62,074 nucleotides of DNA from Acidimicrobiia bacterium. Its GTDB lineage: Bacteria; Actinomycetota; Acidimicrobiia; Acidimicrobiales; JANYDT01. Of the stretch, positions 54,642-62,074 are shown in pieces. Position 1 is the first letter of the stretch, and each line of letters starts with the position of its first letter. The stretch lies in contig JANMYF010000187.1 in the NCBI GenBank assembly GCA_031381685.1, positions 1 through 62,074 of the forward strand, given 5' to 3'. The position numbers were made by a program, and so were the translations under genes. The notes beneath the pieces were generated by a model. It did no database searches and was not told the DNA's origin. It worked only from the letters and a program-made list of their open reading frames with translations.

Positions 54642-56207
54642 ATGACCGCCGTCTTCAGGACGGGGCGCGTCGCCCGGGCCGTAGGCGCAGCGTCACGACC
54701 TGACGCCGCATGGCGTCGGTCCGCGTGGCTGCTGCTCATTCCGGTCCTCGGCTCGTCGCTGCTGCTCGGCGTGTTCGTCGACGGGATCTTGATGGCAGTG
54801 CCTCCGCTGGCCGTGCTGATCGCGTGGGCGGTGATCACGCTTCCGTTCCAACTCGTCGCGCCGACGATCGCCGGCGTGATGCTGACGTTCAATCCACCCG
54901 CTGACCGACCAGCCGACGGTCAGTGGTCCACTCCGCTCGACCGGGTCGGCGCACTGATCTACCAGAACCTGCCGATCAAGCTGGCCTTCGCTGACCTGAT
55001 CATCCTCCTGCTCATGCTCCGTGCTGCGGTGATCGTGGCGCTCGGCGACGGCGTGCGTGGCGCCGGGACGCGCAAGCCGCCGAGACCGTTCGCCCAAGCA
55101 TGTGTGGCCGCGATCGTCGCGGTCGGCGTGATGTCCTTTTACGGTCTGGCCCGCGGAGGGGACTTTCGCCAGGTCCTGTGGCAGATCCGTGTTCCCACCC
55201 TGCTGGCATGTCTCGCGCTCGCCGCATCGGTCGCCGCAACACCGGTCGGTATCCGCCGGTTCCGTAATGCCGTCCTGTTCGCCGGGCTGGTGAAGGTCGC
55301 TCTGGGGACGTATTTCTACCTGCTCATCCTTCCCGGCCTCCCGAACCGTGAAGAGGTGCTCTACGTCACGATTCATGCGGACTCCGTGTTGTGGTCCTCG
55401 GGGCTCGCGATACTCCTCGCGGAGTGGTTCGAGCATCGAACCATCGGCGCCCGCCGTCGCCTCGTGGTGTTGGGAGTCCCCCTGGTCTTCGGCATGGTCA
55501 TCAACAACCGGCGCACGGTGTGGGTCGCCGTCGGCGCGTCGGTCCTGTTCATCGCCGCCGTGGCCACCCCCCACGTCAAGCGCCAACTCGCCCGGCTGCT
55601 GGCGGTCGGCTGGCCGCTGATCTTCGCCTACGTCATCGTCGGACTCGCCGCGGGCAGCAACAGCGCGATCTTCAAACCCGTGGCCATGACCGAGAGCGTC
55701 CTGTTCCAGAACGACGCATCGAGCTCGAGCCGGGACGTGGAGAACATCAACCTGCTGTTCACCAACCGACTCGCCCACGGCATCGGAAGCGGGTTCGGTC
55801 ACGAGTACGTGGAACTCGTCCCCGCCGTTGATCTTTCCACTGTCTTCGAGCAGTACCGATTCATTCCCCACAACAGCTTCCTCGGGATGTGGGCGTTCAT
55901 GGGCATCGCCGGAGCATCAGTGTTCTTCCTTCTCCCGACCCTCGGGATCTTCTACGCCACGTGGGCGCGGCGCCGCAGCGTCGTTCCCTGGGTCCGCGCG
56001 ACGGCCGCCTGGTCGGTGTGCATCGTGATCGCGTGGCTGATCCAGGCCTGGTCAGACGTCGGTGTCCAGGACTGGCCGACGATGGTGTGCTGCGGATTCG
56101 CCCTCGGTATCGGGGCTTCCCTGGCCCGACAGGTTGCGGAACAGGGTGAGCTCGCCGGTATCCACCCCGGCGACACCGCCCCGGTCACCGTTGCCGCAAC
56201 GGCGTAG
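54642..56207 (+). CDS. O-antigen ligase/polymerase-like (Wzy_C family) polytopic membrane protein
   Basis: More than 10 hydrophobic segments. A large loop followed by RFIPHNSFLGMWAFMGIAG is typical of the O-antigen ligase-like family. The substrate is unknown in a presumably monoderm host. Confidence 0.7.
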   Translation: MTAVFRTGRVARAVGAASRPDAAWRRSAWLLLIPVLGSSLLLGVFVDGILMAVPPLAVLIAWAVITLPFQLVAPTIAGVMLTFNPPADRPADGQWSTPLDRVGALIYQNLPIKLAFADLIILLLMLRAAVIVALGDGVRGAGTRKPPRPFAQACVAAIVAVGVMSFYGLARGGDFRQVLWQIRVPTLLACLALAASVAATPVGIRRFRNAVLFAGLVKVALGTYFYLLILPGLPNREEVLYVTIHADSVLWSSGLAILLAEWFEHRTIGARRRLVVLGVPLVFGMVINNRRTVWVAVGASVLFIAAVATPHVKRQLARLLAVGWPLIFAYVIVGLAAGSNSAIFKPVAMTESVLFQNDASSSSRDVENINLLFTNRLAHGIGSGFGHEYVELVPAVDLSTVFEQYRFIPHNSFLGMWAFMGIAGASVFFLLPTLGIFYATWARRRSVVPWVRATAAWSVCIVIAWLIQAWSDVGVQDWPTMVCCGFALGIGASLARQVAEQGELAGIHPGDTAPVTVAATA

Positions 56208-56336
56208 ACCACGCCGACCCACGACCCGAGCCCTTGGTCGGCCGGCCTGAGGATCGTGTCACGGCCCTGCAGTAGACTTCTTCTCTGCCAACTCGGGGGT
56301 CGTCTTGGCATTGCTTGACGAGGAGAGACACAACGC

Positions 56337-57017
56337 ATGTCGATGATCGCGGAAACAAAAGACTGCACGGCCCTCTCCGACGCCGAGTTGAGCGAGCTCG
56401 CCGACCTGTGCGTCGGGGGAATCGCCGGGTTCGACATCGGCCTGCTCTCGAAGCAGCGCGAGCTGTGGGTGCTCATCACCCAGGTGCGGGAGAACGACAA
56501 GCTCCAGGCATTCGGCTTTTGCACGCTGGAGCGCATCGGTGGCACGCCGAGCATGCTGATGGGCCTGGTCCACGTCCGCCGCACGGCCAAGCGCGACGCG
56601 GCGCTGAAGGCTCTCATGAACGATCAGTTGCGCCGCTCGCTGCTGGCCTTCCCCGATGAAGACGTCCTCGTCGGGACGAGGATGATCGATCCGGGCGCCT
56701 TCGCCGCTTTCAAGGGCCTCGAAGACATCGTCCCGCGGCCCGATCACAAGGCCTCCGGCGAGGAGCGTGCCTGGAGCCGGCGGTTGGCGAAGCGCTTCGG
56801 CGCCGAGCATCGCGTCGACGACCGGGCGTTCATCATTCGCGGTGAAGGCGAGTCGGCCCCGTGCCTCGACTTCGAGTCCGCCAAGCCGGAATCGATCAGC
56901 GCTGAGGTTTCCCAGTTCTTCGCCACTCTCGATCGACCCAACGGCGATGTGCTCGTCACGTTCGGATGGGCGATGGCCGAGGACCTCGCCGCACGCATCG
57001 CTGCGCTGGGCGCCTGA
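56337..57017 (+). CDS. hypothetical protein (no family recognised)
   Basis: Strong GC3 bias in this frame. A TTGACG-like -35 element and AT-richer stretch lie upstream. I can name no diagnostic motif. Confidence 0.6.
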   Translation: MSMIAETKDCTALSDAELSELADLCVGGIAGFDIGLLSKQRELWVLITQVRENDKLQAFGFCTLERIGGTPSMLMGLVHVRRTAKRDAALKALMNDQLRRSLLAFPDEDVLVGTRMIDPGAFAAFKGLEDIVPRPDHKASGEERAWSRRLAKRFGAEHRVDDRAFIIRGEGESAPCLDFESAKPESISAEVSQFFATLDRPNGDVLVTFGWAMAEDLAARIAALGA

Positions 57018-57099
57018 GCCCGTCGACTCGGCGAGCGGCGAGCGCGGCCTGACACAGGCGGGCGTGGGCCGTCGGCGAGGGGGTCGTTGCCGTCATGAC

Positions 57100-57118
57100 G
57101 TCGGGCGGTGCGCCCGAC
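57100..57118. terminator. hairpin between convergent genes (8-bp GC stem, 3-nt loop)
   Basis: GTCGGGCG-GTG-CGCCCGAC in the 177-nt gap between stops at 57017 (plus strand) and 57195 (minus strand). No clear U-tract. Confidence 0.35.
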
Positions 57119-57194
57119 AACATCGCAACGTGCTCAGTCGGTAGGGCGGCGGCCGCGTTGGCGGCGCGGACACGATGACCGCGAGTCCCGCCTT

Positions 57195-58211
57195 CTAGGC
57201 CGCGTCGCTGAACTCCGCGAGGATGCGCTCGGCGTTGACTTCTGCTCGGATTCGCGCCTCGATCAGTGTGCGTTGCGCTTGGGACTGCTGGCGGGGCTGC
57301 TCGGTTGTGGCCCACGTGACCAATCCGCCCCAGAACCGGTTGATGAGTTCCGAACCCGCAGTCTCGCCGCCGGCTTCGGTCCTGAACCGAACCGTGCACA
57401 GCTCACCGAGATACAACTGCAGCGAGGACACGTGGATCTCCTCGTCCGTTCGGATGCGTCCGACGATCTCCGCGGCGAGTTCGGCCTCGGCCCGGCGACC
57501 GGCGAACAGATCCGGTGTCCGGAGGACTGCTTGCGTTGCGGCAAACCCGATTTCGGCGCGGAACTCGATGATCAGGAGGTTCATGATCAGCGAGAGCAGA
57601 CCCTCCACGTCGGGGGCGACCTCGGGCATGAAGCGCTGCCCGGCTTCGGGCCGGGAGATGTTGTCGGGTGGCTCGACGTCCGGGTAGGCGCCGGGCCCGA
57701 AGGCCAGGTCGCGGGCGGCGAACCACATCTCGTCGTGACCGCCGATACCGATATCGGGCTGGCCGCCTTCGTCGATGCCGTGGGCATAGAGCAGGCCCCG
57801 GTTCAGGTGTCCGATGGCCATCTCGGAGATGTCGTCGACGATGGACGGCTGAAGGTCGGCAAATGCGACCACGGCGAGAAGGCGTCCGCGGGCTTCGATC
57901 TTGCCGGTGATCGTGAGGCTGTTCCAGAAGGTCTCGCCCAGTCCGTGGCGGAGAAGCACCTGGGACTGGGGGACCGTCGGTGTGCGTTCACCGTCGAGGA
58001 GCGAGGAGTGGGCGTCGAAAAGGTCACCGCCACGCGCTCGGAGGGCTCCGGTCCACGCGTTCAGGGCGGTGACCCGACCGAGTGACCGTGGAGGCTGATA
58101 CGTGCCGTCGGCTCTCATCCCGCCGTGCATGCGCCGACCGGCGACGACGTGTTCGGCGGCATAGTCGTGTTCGCTGAGCAGCTCTTCTCGGGAGTAGGTG
58201 AGCTTCGTCAT
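57195..58211 (-). CDS. hypothetical protein; possible four-helix-bundle metalloprotein (carboxylate/His motifs)
   Basis: Last gene of the minus-strand ABC operon. Helical segments carry KIEARG, SEMAIGH, LIIEFRAEIG and TDEEIHVSS, resembling the E / E..H / E / ExxH spacing of ferritin-like diiron enzymes. This is speculative. Confidence 0.6.
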   Translation of the reverse strand: MTKLTYSREELLSEHDYAAEHVVAGRRMHGGMRADGTYQPPRSLGRVTALNAWTGALRARGGDLFDAHSSLLDGERTPTVPQSQVLLRHGLGETFWNSLTITGKIEARGRLLAVVAFADLQPSIVDDISEMAIGHLNRGLLYAHGIDEGGQPDIGIGGHDEMWFAARDLAFGPGAYPDVEPPDNISRPEAGQRFMPEVAPDVEGLLSLIMNLLIIEFRAEIGFAATQAVLRTPDLFAGRRAEAELAAEIVGRIRTDEEIHVSSLQLYLGELCTVRFRTEAGGETAGSELINRFWGGLVTWATTEQPRQQSQAQRTLIEARIRAEVNAERILAEFSDAA

Positions 58212-58257
58212 CGCCGGATCCTACCGCCGGCCGCCCGGCCAACACCCGGCCGACCGG

Positions 58258-59919
58258 TCACGACGAGCGGTCGAGCCGGACGACGAGGTCGGCACGGGCG
58301 AGCGCGGCGGGTCGGTTCGACGCAGCAAGGACCGTTGCGCCGGCTGCGGCGAGGCGGCTCCACAGCTCGAGCTCCGTCTCGACGTCGAGGGCCGAGGTGA
58401 GATCGTCGAGGATCAGCAGCTCGGGACGATGGGCGAGCGCCCGAGCGGCGGCAGCCCGTTGCGCCTGTCCTCCGGAGAGCCGCACTCCGCGGGCGCCGAC
58501 GAGCGTCTCGAGCCCATCGGGGAGACCCTCGACGTCACGGTCGAACGCCGCGATCGTGATCGCCTCGGCGATCGCCGCGTCGTCGAGCGAGTGACCGAGC
58601 CGGAGGTTGTCCAGGAGCGACTCGGCGAACAGCCGCGGCACCTGGGGTACGAATGCCGCCTGTGGTGGCACGAAGAAGGCGGCGCGGTCCTGGACACGCG
58701 TACCGTTCCACTTGACGTCCCCGGCATCGATGTCGAGCAGGCCGATCACTGCCCGGAGCACCGAGGTCTTCCCCGAGCCGACCGGTCCGGTGATGACGGT
58801 GAGCGATCCACGCGGCACGGCGAACGTGACGTCGAGCACTCCTCTGGCGATGACCGTGAGACCGTCCACGTCGAGCCTCTCGAGGGGGATCATCGGGCCC
58901 CTCGTGGGGGCGAGCGCGGAAGGGCCGCCGAGGACCGGCAGCGGTCGATGCTCGACCAACCGGTCGACGCCGCGAGCTGCCGGTGCCAGGAGTTCGTCGA
59001 GTCGGCCGGCCGAGACCTGATAACGCCGGCGGCCGACGACGATCCCGCCGAGACGCATGGGCAGCCAGACCATGCCGGCGAGGTAGCTGGCGAAGAGCGT
59101 GATCTCACCGGCGTCGAGGTTGCGGCGCGCCGCGACGACGAGCGCAATGCCGACAAAGACGTCGGCGGCGGCGGTGTTCACCGTCCAGACCAGCTCATTC
59201 CACGTGCTGTCCCGCACCGCGGCATGCGCTCGCGTGGCGTTCAGCGTGTCGAGCCGGCGGAGCACGTCGGCACGCGCACCGGCGAGCTTCACCGTGAGCG
59301 ACGCCTCGAAGGTCGAGTTCAGGAAATCACCGACCGCGCTCGTGGCGTGGCGTGAGCGCTGTCGGTAGCGGCGCGCCAAGTTGCCGATGAGCCGGTTGCC
59401 GAACCCGACGGCGAGCATCGGGACGATCCCGGCGGCAGCGGCAAGCGGGTCGATGCGGGCAAGCAGGATGACGGCGCCGAGGCCGAACAGCGCGGCCCCC
59501 AGGAGATCGACCCAGTTGTCCATCAGGAAGAGGACGTCGAACGGGTCGTCGCGAAGCCGGGACACGATGTCGCCGACCGGGACGGACCGGGCCGCCGACT
59601 CGGCCCCGCCGCTCGCCAACTGGGCGTTGACGATGTTGACCCGGGCGAGGGCCTTGGCCGCCTCCGTGCCCTGCACGTAGATGCGGTGCGCGGCGAAGAT
59701 CAGCAAGGACGCTCCGACGTGCGCGGCGAGAAGCGCTCCGAGCAGAACCCAGAAGTGCCCGGTGGCTCCGTTGATCTGGAGCTCGTGGAACAGCCGGCCG
59801 ATGAGCCAGCCCGGCCCGAGGGGCGTCACGAACCAGAGGACCCAGCCGGCGGTGCCGATCCAGTACCAGCGCCCGCGGAAGGAGGCGAGTCGGGCGACAC
59901 GGAATTCGGGCACAGTCAT
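58258..59919 (-). CDS. ABC exporter fused permease/ATPase subunit with a degenerate catalytic site
   Basis: Six-TM domain followed by an NBD. Walker A GPVGSGKT. Canonical signature LSGGQAQR. Walker B is LLILDD (Asp replaces the catalytic Glu). The H-loop position reads ASNR (Asn replaces His). Confidence 0.88.
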   Translation of the reverse strand: MTVPEFRVARLASFRGRWYWIGTAGWVLWFVTPLGPGWLIGRLFHELQINGATGHFWVLLGALLAAHVGASLLIFAAHRIYVQGTEAAKALARVNIVNAQLASGGAESAARSVPVGDIVSRLRDDPFDVLFLMDNWVDLLGAALFGLGAVILLARIDPLAAAAGIVPMLAVGFGNRLIGNLARRYRQRSRHATSAVGDFLNSTFEASLTVKLAGARADVLRRLDTLNATRAHAAVRDSTWNELVWTVNTAAADVFVGIALVVAARRNLDAGEITLFASYLAGMVWLPMRLGGIVVGRRRYQVSAGRLDELLAPAARGVDRLVEHRPLPVLGGPSALAPTRGPMIPLERLDVDGLTVIARGVLDVTFAVPRGSLTVITGPVGSGKTSVLRAVIGLLDIDAGDVKWNGTRVQDRAAFFVPPQAAFVPQVPRLFAESLLDNLRLGHSLDDAAIAEAITIAAFDRDVEGLPDGLETLVGARGVRLSGGQAQRAAAARALAHRPELLILDDLTSALDVETELELWSRLAAAGATVLAASNRPAALARADLVVRLDRSS

Positions 59920-61715
59920 GAGAGCTCCGCGGCGTCCTGCCCGGAAGCCCGTAAGCGCGCATAGTGACTACCCGGGTCGGCGGCCAGCGCCGTCCTTGGG
60001 CCGTGTTCCACGAGCCGTCCGTCGGCGAGCACGGCGATGTCGTCACAGACCTCGAGCGTCTCGAGGCGGTGGGCAATGACCAGCGCGGTCCGGCCTCGGA
60101 CCAACTCCCGCATGGCCGCAGCGATCGCCTCCTGCGTCGCCGGGTCGATCCGTGACGTCGCTTCGTCGAGGACGACGACGGATGGGTTGCGTAGCAAGGC
60201 CCTGGACAGCGCCAGCAGTTGCGCCTCGCCGGACGAAAGACCGGTTCTGGTGCCGCTGTCGTCGCGGTTGTCCGGCGACAGACGGGTCGCGAGACCGTCG
60301 GGAAGGGTCGCCAACCAGCCCCCTAGGCCTACCGCGGTGAGCGCCCCGACGACGTCGTCGGTGTCCCGTTCGGAGAAGAGTGTGACGTTCTCCTGCACGG
60401 TCCCAGGGAAGAGCTGCACGTCCTGGGGGACCGCGGTGAGCCCGATGCGCAGGGCGTCGTCGTCGATGCCGGCCATGTCGACGCCGTTCATCGTCACCGT
60501 TCCACGTGACGGTTCGACGAGACGCAACAGCAGGCGCGCGAGGGAGGTCTTCCCGGAGCCGGTCCGCCCCACGACACCGAGCATCCGGCCGGCCGGGAGA
60601 ACGAGATCGATCGACTCGATCGCCGCGTTCGTGCCCACGTCGTCGTCGTAGACGAGTGAGACGTTCTCGAAGCGAACCTCCACCGGGCCCATCGGCATCG
60701 ACCCGCCGCCCGACGGCACGACCCGTCGGTCGCGTAGCAAGTCCGCCACGCGGCTCGCGGCGCCGGACGCGCCCTGCGCCTCTTGGAGGCGCCACGTGAG
60801 ATGGTCGACCTTTCCCGACAGGATCGACACCAACCGGTAGCCGAGAACGACTCCGGCAACGTCGAGGGAGCCCCGTGTGAGCGCGAGTGCCCCGTAGCCG
60901 ATCATGGCGACTTCGGCGGCGGCGACACTCACCCGGATGACGCCCTGCATCGTCATCTGCTCCTTCACCCGGAGTCGAGCGGTGTCGACCATGTGCGCGG
61001 ACCGTTCACCGACGCGGGCGGCGCCGTGGCGGCCGGAGCCGAGCGCGGCGATGTCGTCGGCGCCGGCCAGGTACTGCTCGGCCGCACTCATCACGTCGGC
61101 CTCCGCCGCCCGCTCGGCGATGGTCTGCGCCACGGAACGATTGCGCATGGCGAACGCGACGGCGCCGACGAAGACCAGCGCGACGAAGAGGGCCGGGGCG
61201 AGGACCGGCTCCACGAACGCTGCGACGACGACGGCGCCGACCGCGAGGGCGGCAATGGCGAGGATTTGCGCGACGACCGAGGACAGGAACTGGGCGACGG
61301 CGGTGAGGTCGGCATCGACCCGCGTGACGAGCTCGCCCGGCGTGCGATCGCGATGAAACGACAGATCTGCCCGCAGCACATAGTCGGCGAGGTCGTGGCG
61401 CAACCCGTTGGTGATCGCCCACGCCGCGATCGTCGCCCTCCATGTCACGAGCATCGAGACGCCGGAGGACACAAGCCCGATCCCGGCATACCCGAGGGCG
61501 AGGGGCACCAGGCGACTCGTGGGCGCGTCGTTAACGGCAAGCCGGATGAATCTGGTCAACAGGAGTGAGGCGGAGAGGGGTATCGCGGTCGCCACGGACA
61601 GAGCGGCGGCGAACACCGCCAATGGCTTCCAGTGCGGTCGGGTGAGTCCGGCGAGGAGCCTCCACGCGCTGGTGCCGCTCGCGCCCGCCAGGCCTGACAC
61701 GACGGGCTCAGACAT
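59916..61715 (-). CDS. ABC exporter fused permease/ATPase subunit with a canonical catalytic site and degenerate signature
   Basis: Walker A GRTGSGKT, Walker B VVVLDEATSRID, H-loop IAHR. The signature is LSSGEAQ instead of LSGGQ. Stop overlaps the downstream partner's start (ATGA). Confidence 0.88.
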   Translation of the reverse strand: MSEPVVSGLAGASGTSAWRLLAGLTRPHWKPLAVFAAALSVATAIPLSASLLLTRFIRLAVNDAPTSRLVPLALGYAGIGLVSSGVSMLVTWRATIAAWAITNGLRHDLADYVLRADLSFHRDRTPGELVTRVDADLTAVAQFLSSVVAQILAIAALAVGAVVVAAFVEPVLAPALFVALVFVGAVAFAMRNRSVAQTIAERAAEADVMSAAEQYLAGADDIAALGSGRHGAARVGERSAHMVDTARLRVKEQMTMQGVIRVSVAAAEVAMIGYGALALTRGSLDVAGVVLGYRLVSILSGKVDHLTWRLQEAQGASGAASRVADLLRDRRVVPSGGGSMPMGPVEVRFENVSLVYDDDVGTNAAIESIDLVLPAGRMLGVVGRTGSGKTSLARLLLRLVEPSRGTVTMNGVDMAGIDDDALRIGLTAVPQDVQLFPGTVQENVTLFSERDTDDVVGALTAVGLGGWLATLPDGLATRLSPDNRDDSGTRTGLSSGEAQLLALSRALLRNPSVVVLDEATSRIDPATQEAIAAAMRELVRGRTALVIAHRLETLEVCDDIAVLADGRLVEHGPRTALAADPGSHYARLRASGQDAAELS

Positions 61716-61819
61716 GCCACGACGGTAGCCGTCGGTCCCGGTGGTCTTCCCAGGATTGGGTTCGGCCGTTCGGCCGATCCAGTTGGCGAGTCGGGCCGTC
61801 CGGGGCGGGCGCCGCTGGG

Positions 61820-62074
61820 TTACCCAATGAGGAAGCGCTGCACCTCGGCGCGGTCACGTCCGTCGGCGGCAAGTCCGGCGAGGATCCGGGCGTCGATGAG
61901 CCGGTGGATGTGGCGCATGCGGCCCTCCTGGTAGCGGGCGAAGGTGACGGTCGACTTCGCTCGGGACTTGAGGCCCGCTTGTACCTTCGGCAGGTTCTCC
62001 ATGTCCTGTTCGAACACGTCGGCCAATCCGCCCATCCCGGGCGCCTCCTTCCACGACTGGTGCTTGTCGAGCAC
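61820..62074 (-). CDS. C-terminal fragment of a probable Rieske-type aromatic-ring-hydroxylating oxygenase alpha subunit (5' end outside the window)
   Basis: Open to the window edge. ...FEQDMENLPKVQAGLKSRAKSTVTFARYQEGRMRHIHRLIDARI resembles the conserved C-terminal xDxxxxxxVQxGxxSR...E..xxHFHR segment of that family. Confidence 0.45.
   Translation of the reverse strand: MLDKHQSWKEAPGMGGLADVFEQDMENLPKVQAGLKSRAKSTVTFARYQEGRMRHIHRLIDARILAGLAADGRDRAEVQRFLIG

Noticed and set aside
1-62074. tRNA, rRNA, CRISPR arrays, IS elements, prophage or toxin-antitoxin genes
   Set aside because: I scanned the intergenic regions and the ORF products. I found no T-loop-like GGTTCGAATCC in a tRNA context, no spaced identical repeats of 25-40 bp, and no transposase, integrase or phage-like proteins.

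Overview
High-GC, gene-dense chromosomal segment with actinobacterial-type gene content and synteny. I saw no rRNA, tRNA, CRISPR array, transposase or integrase. Most long R/P/G-rich ORFs in the track that lie antisense to, or out of frame with, the genes below are GC-content artefacts.

Gene order, left to right:
- thiolase-like gene (partial, minus strand)
- Tat-secreted CAP-domain protein
- crotonase
- APH-like kinase, divergent from two translationally coupled fold-type-II PLP enzymes
- ruvC-ruvA-ruvB-queA
- two tandem paralogous pairs, each a TM coiled-coil protein plus a TM-BON-OmpA_C (ArfA-like) protein
- second crotonase
- Zn/Mn-type ABC importer (lipoprotein SBP, ATPase, permease)
- minus-strand operon: pgl, CoaD/NadD-like nucleotidyltransferase, alpha/beta hydrolase, and an unknown protein with a CysRS-like C-terminus
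- dcw cluster mraZ-rsmH-ftsL-ftsI-murE-murF-mraY-ftsW-murG-murC-murB-ftsQ-ftsZ-pgeF-yggS-sepF-divIVA, with murD missing from its canonical mraY/ftsW slot
- Lys/Ala-rich histone-H1-like protein fused to a DksA/TraR zinc finger
- lspA-rluD
- GGDEF-EAL protein
- MFS transporter plus Rrf2 regulator
- bpa
- dnaE
- unannotated 54-aa membrane sORF, O-antigen-ligase-like protein, and an orphan protein
- minus-strand group: Rieske-oxygenase-like gene (partial), an asymmetric heterodimeric ABC exporter, and a putative four-helix metalloprotein

Most unusual observations:
1. A ~66-nt structured intergenic element occurs twice (7362-7427 and 19114-19180). Two compensatory base-pair changes preserve its stem, and the stem pairs a CCTCC tract with a GGAGG tract.
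2. The coiled-coil/BON-OmpA envelope module is duplicated.
3. Five phased GTGGAG-like decamers lie upstream of mraZ.
4. A 27-bp tandem duplication spans the mraZ stop and rsmH start.
5. The intergenic region after dnaE is structured and is followed by the small membrane ORF.

I found no clear-cut defence or mobile system. All functional proposals for the unusual items are inference and need database or covariance searches.
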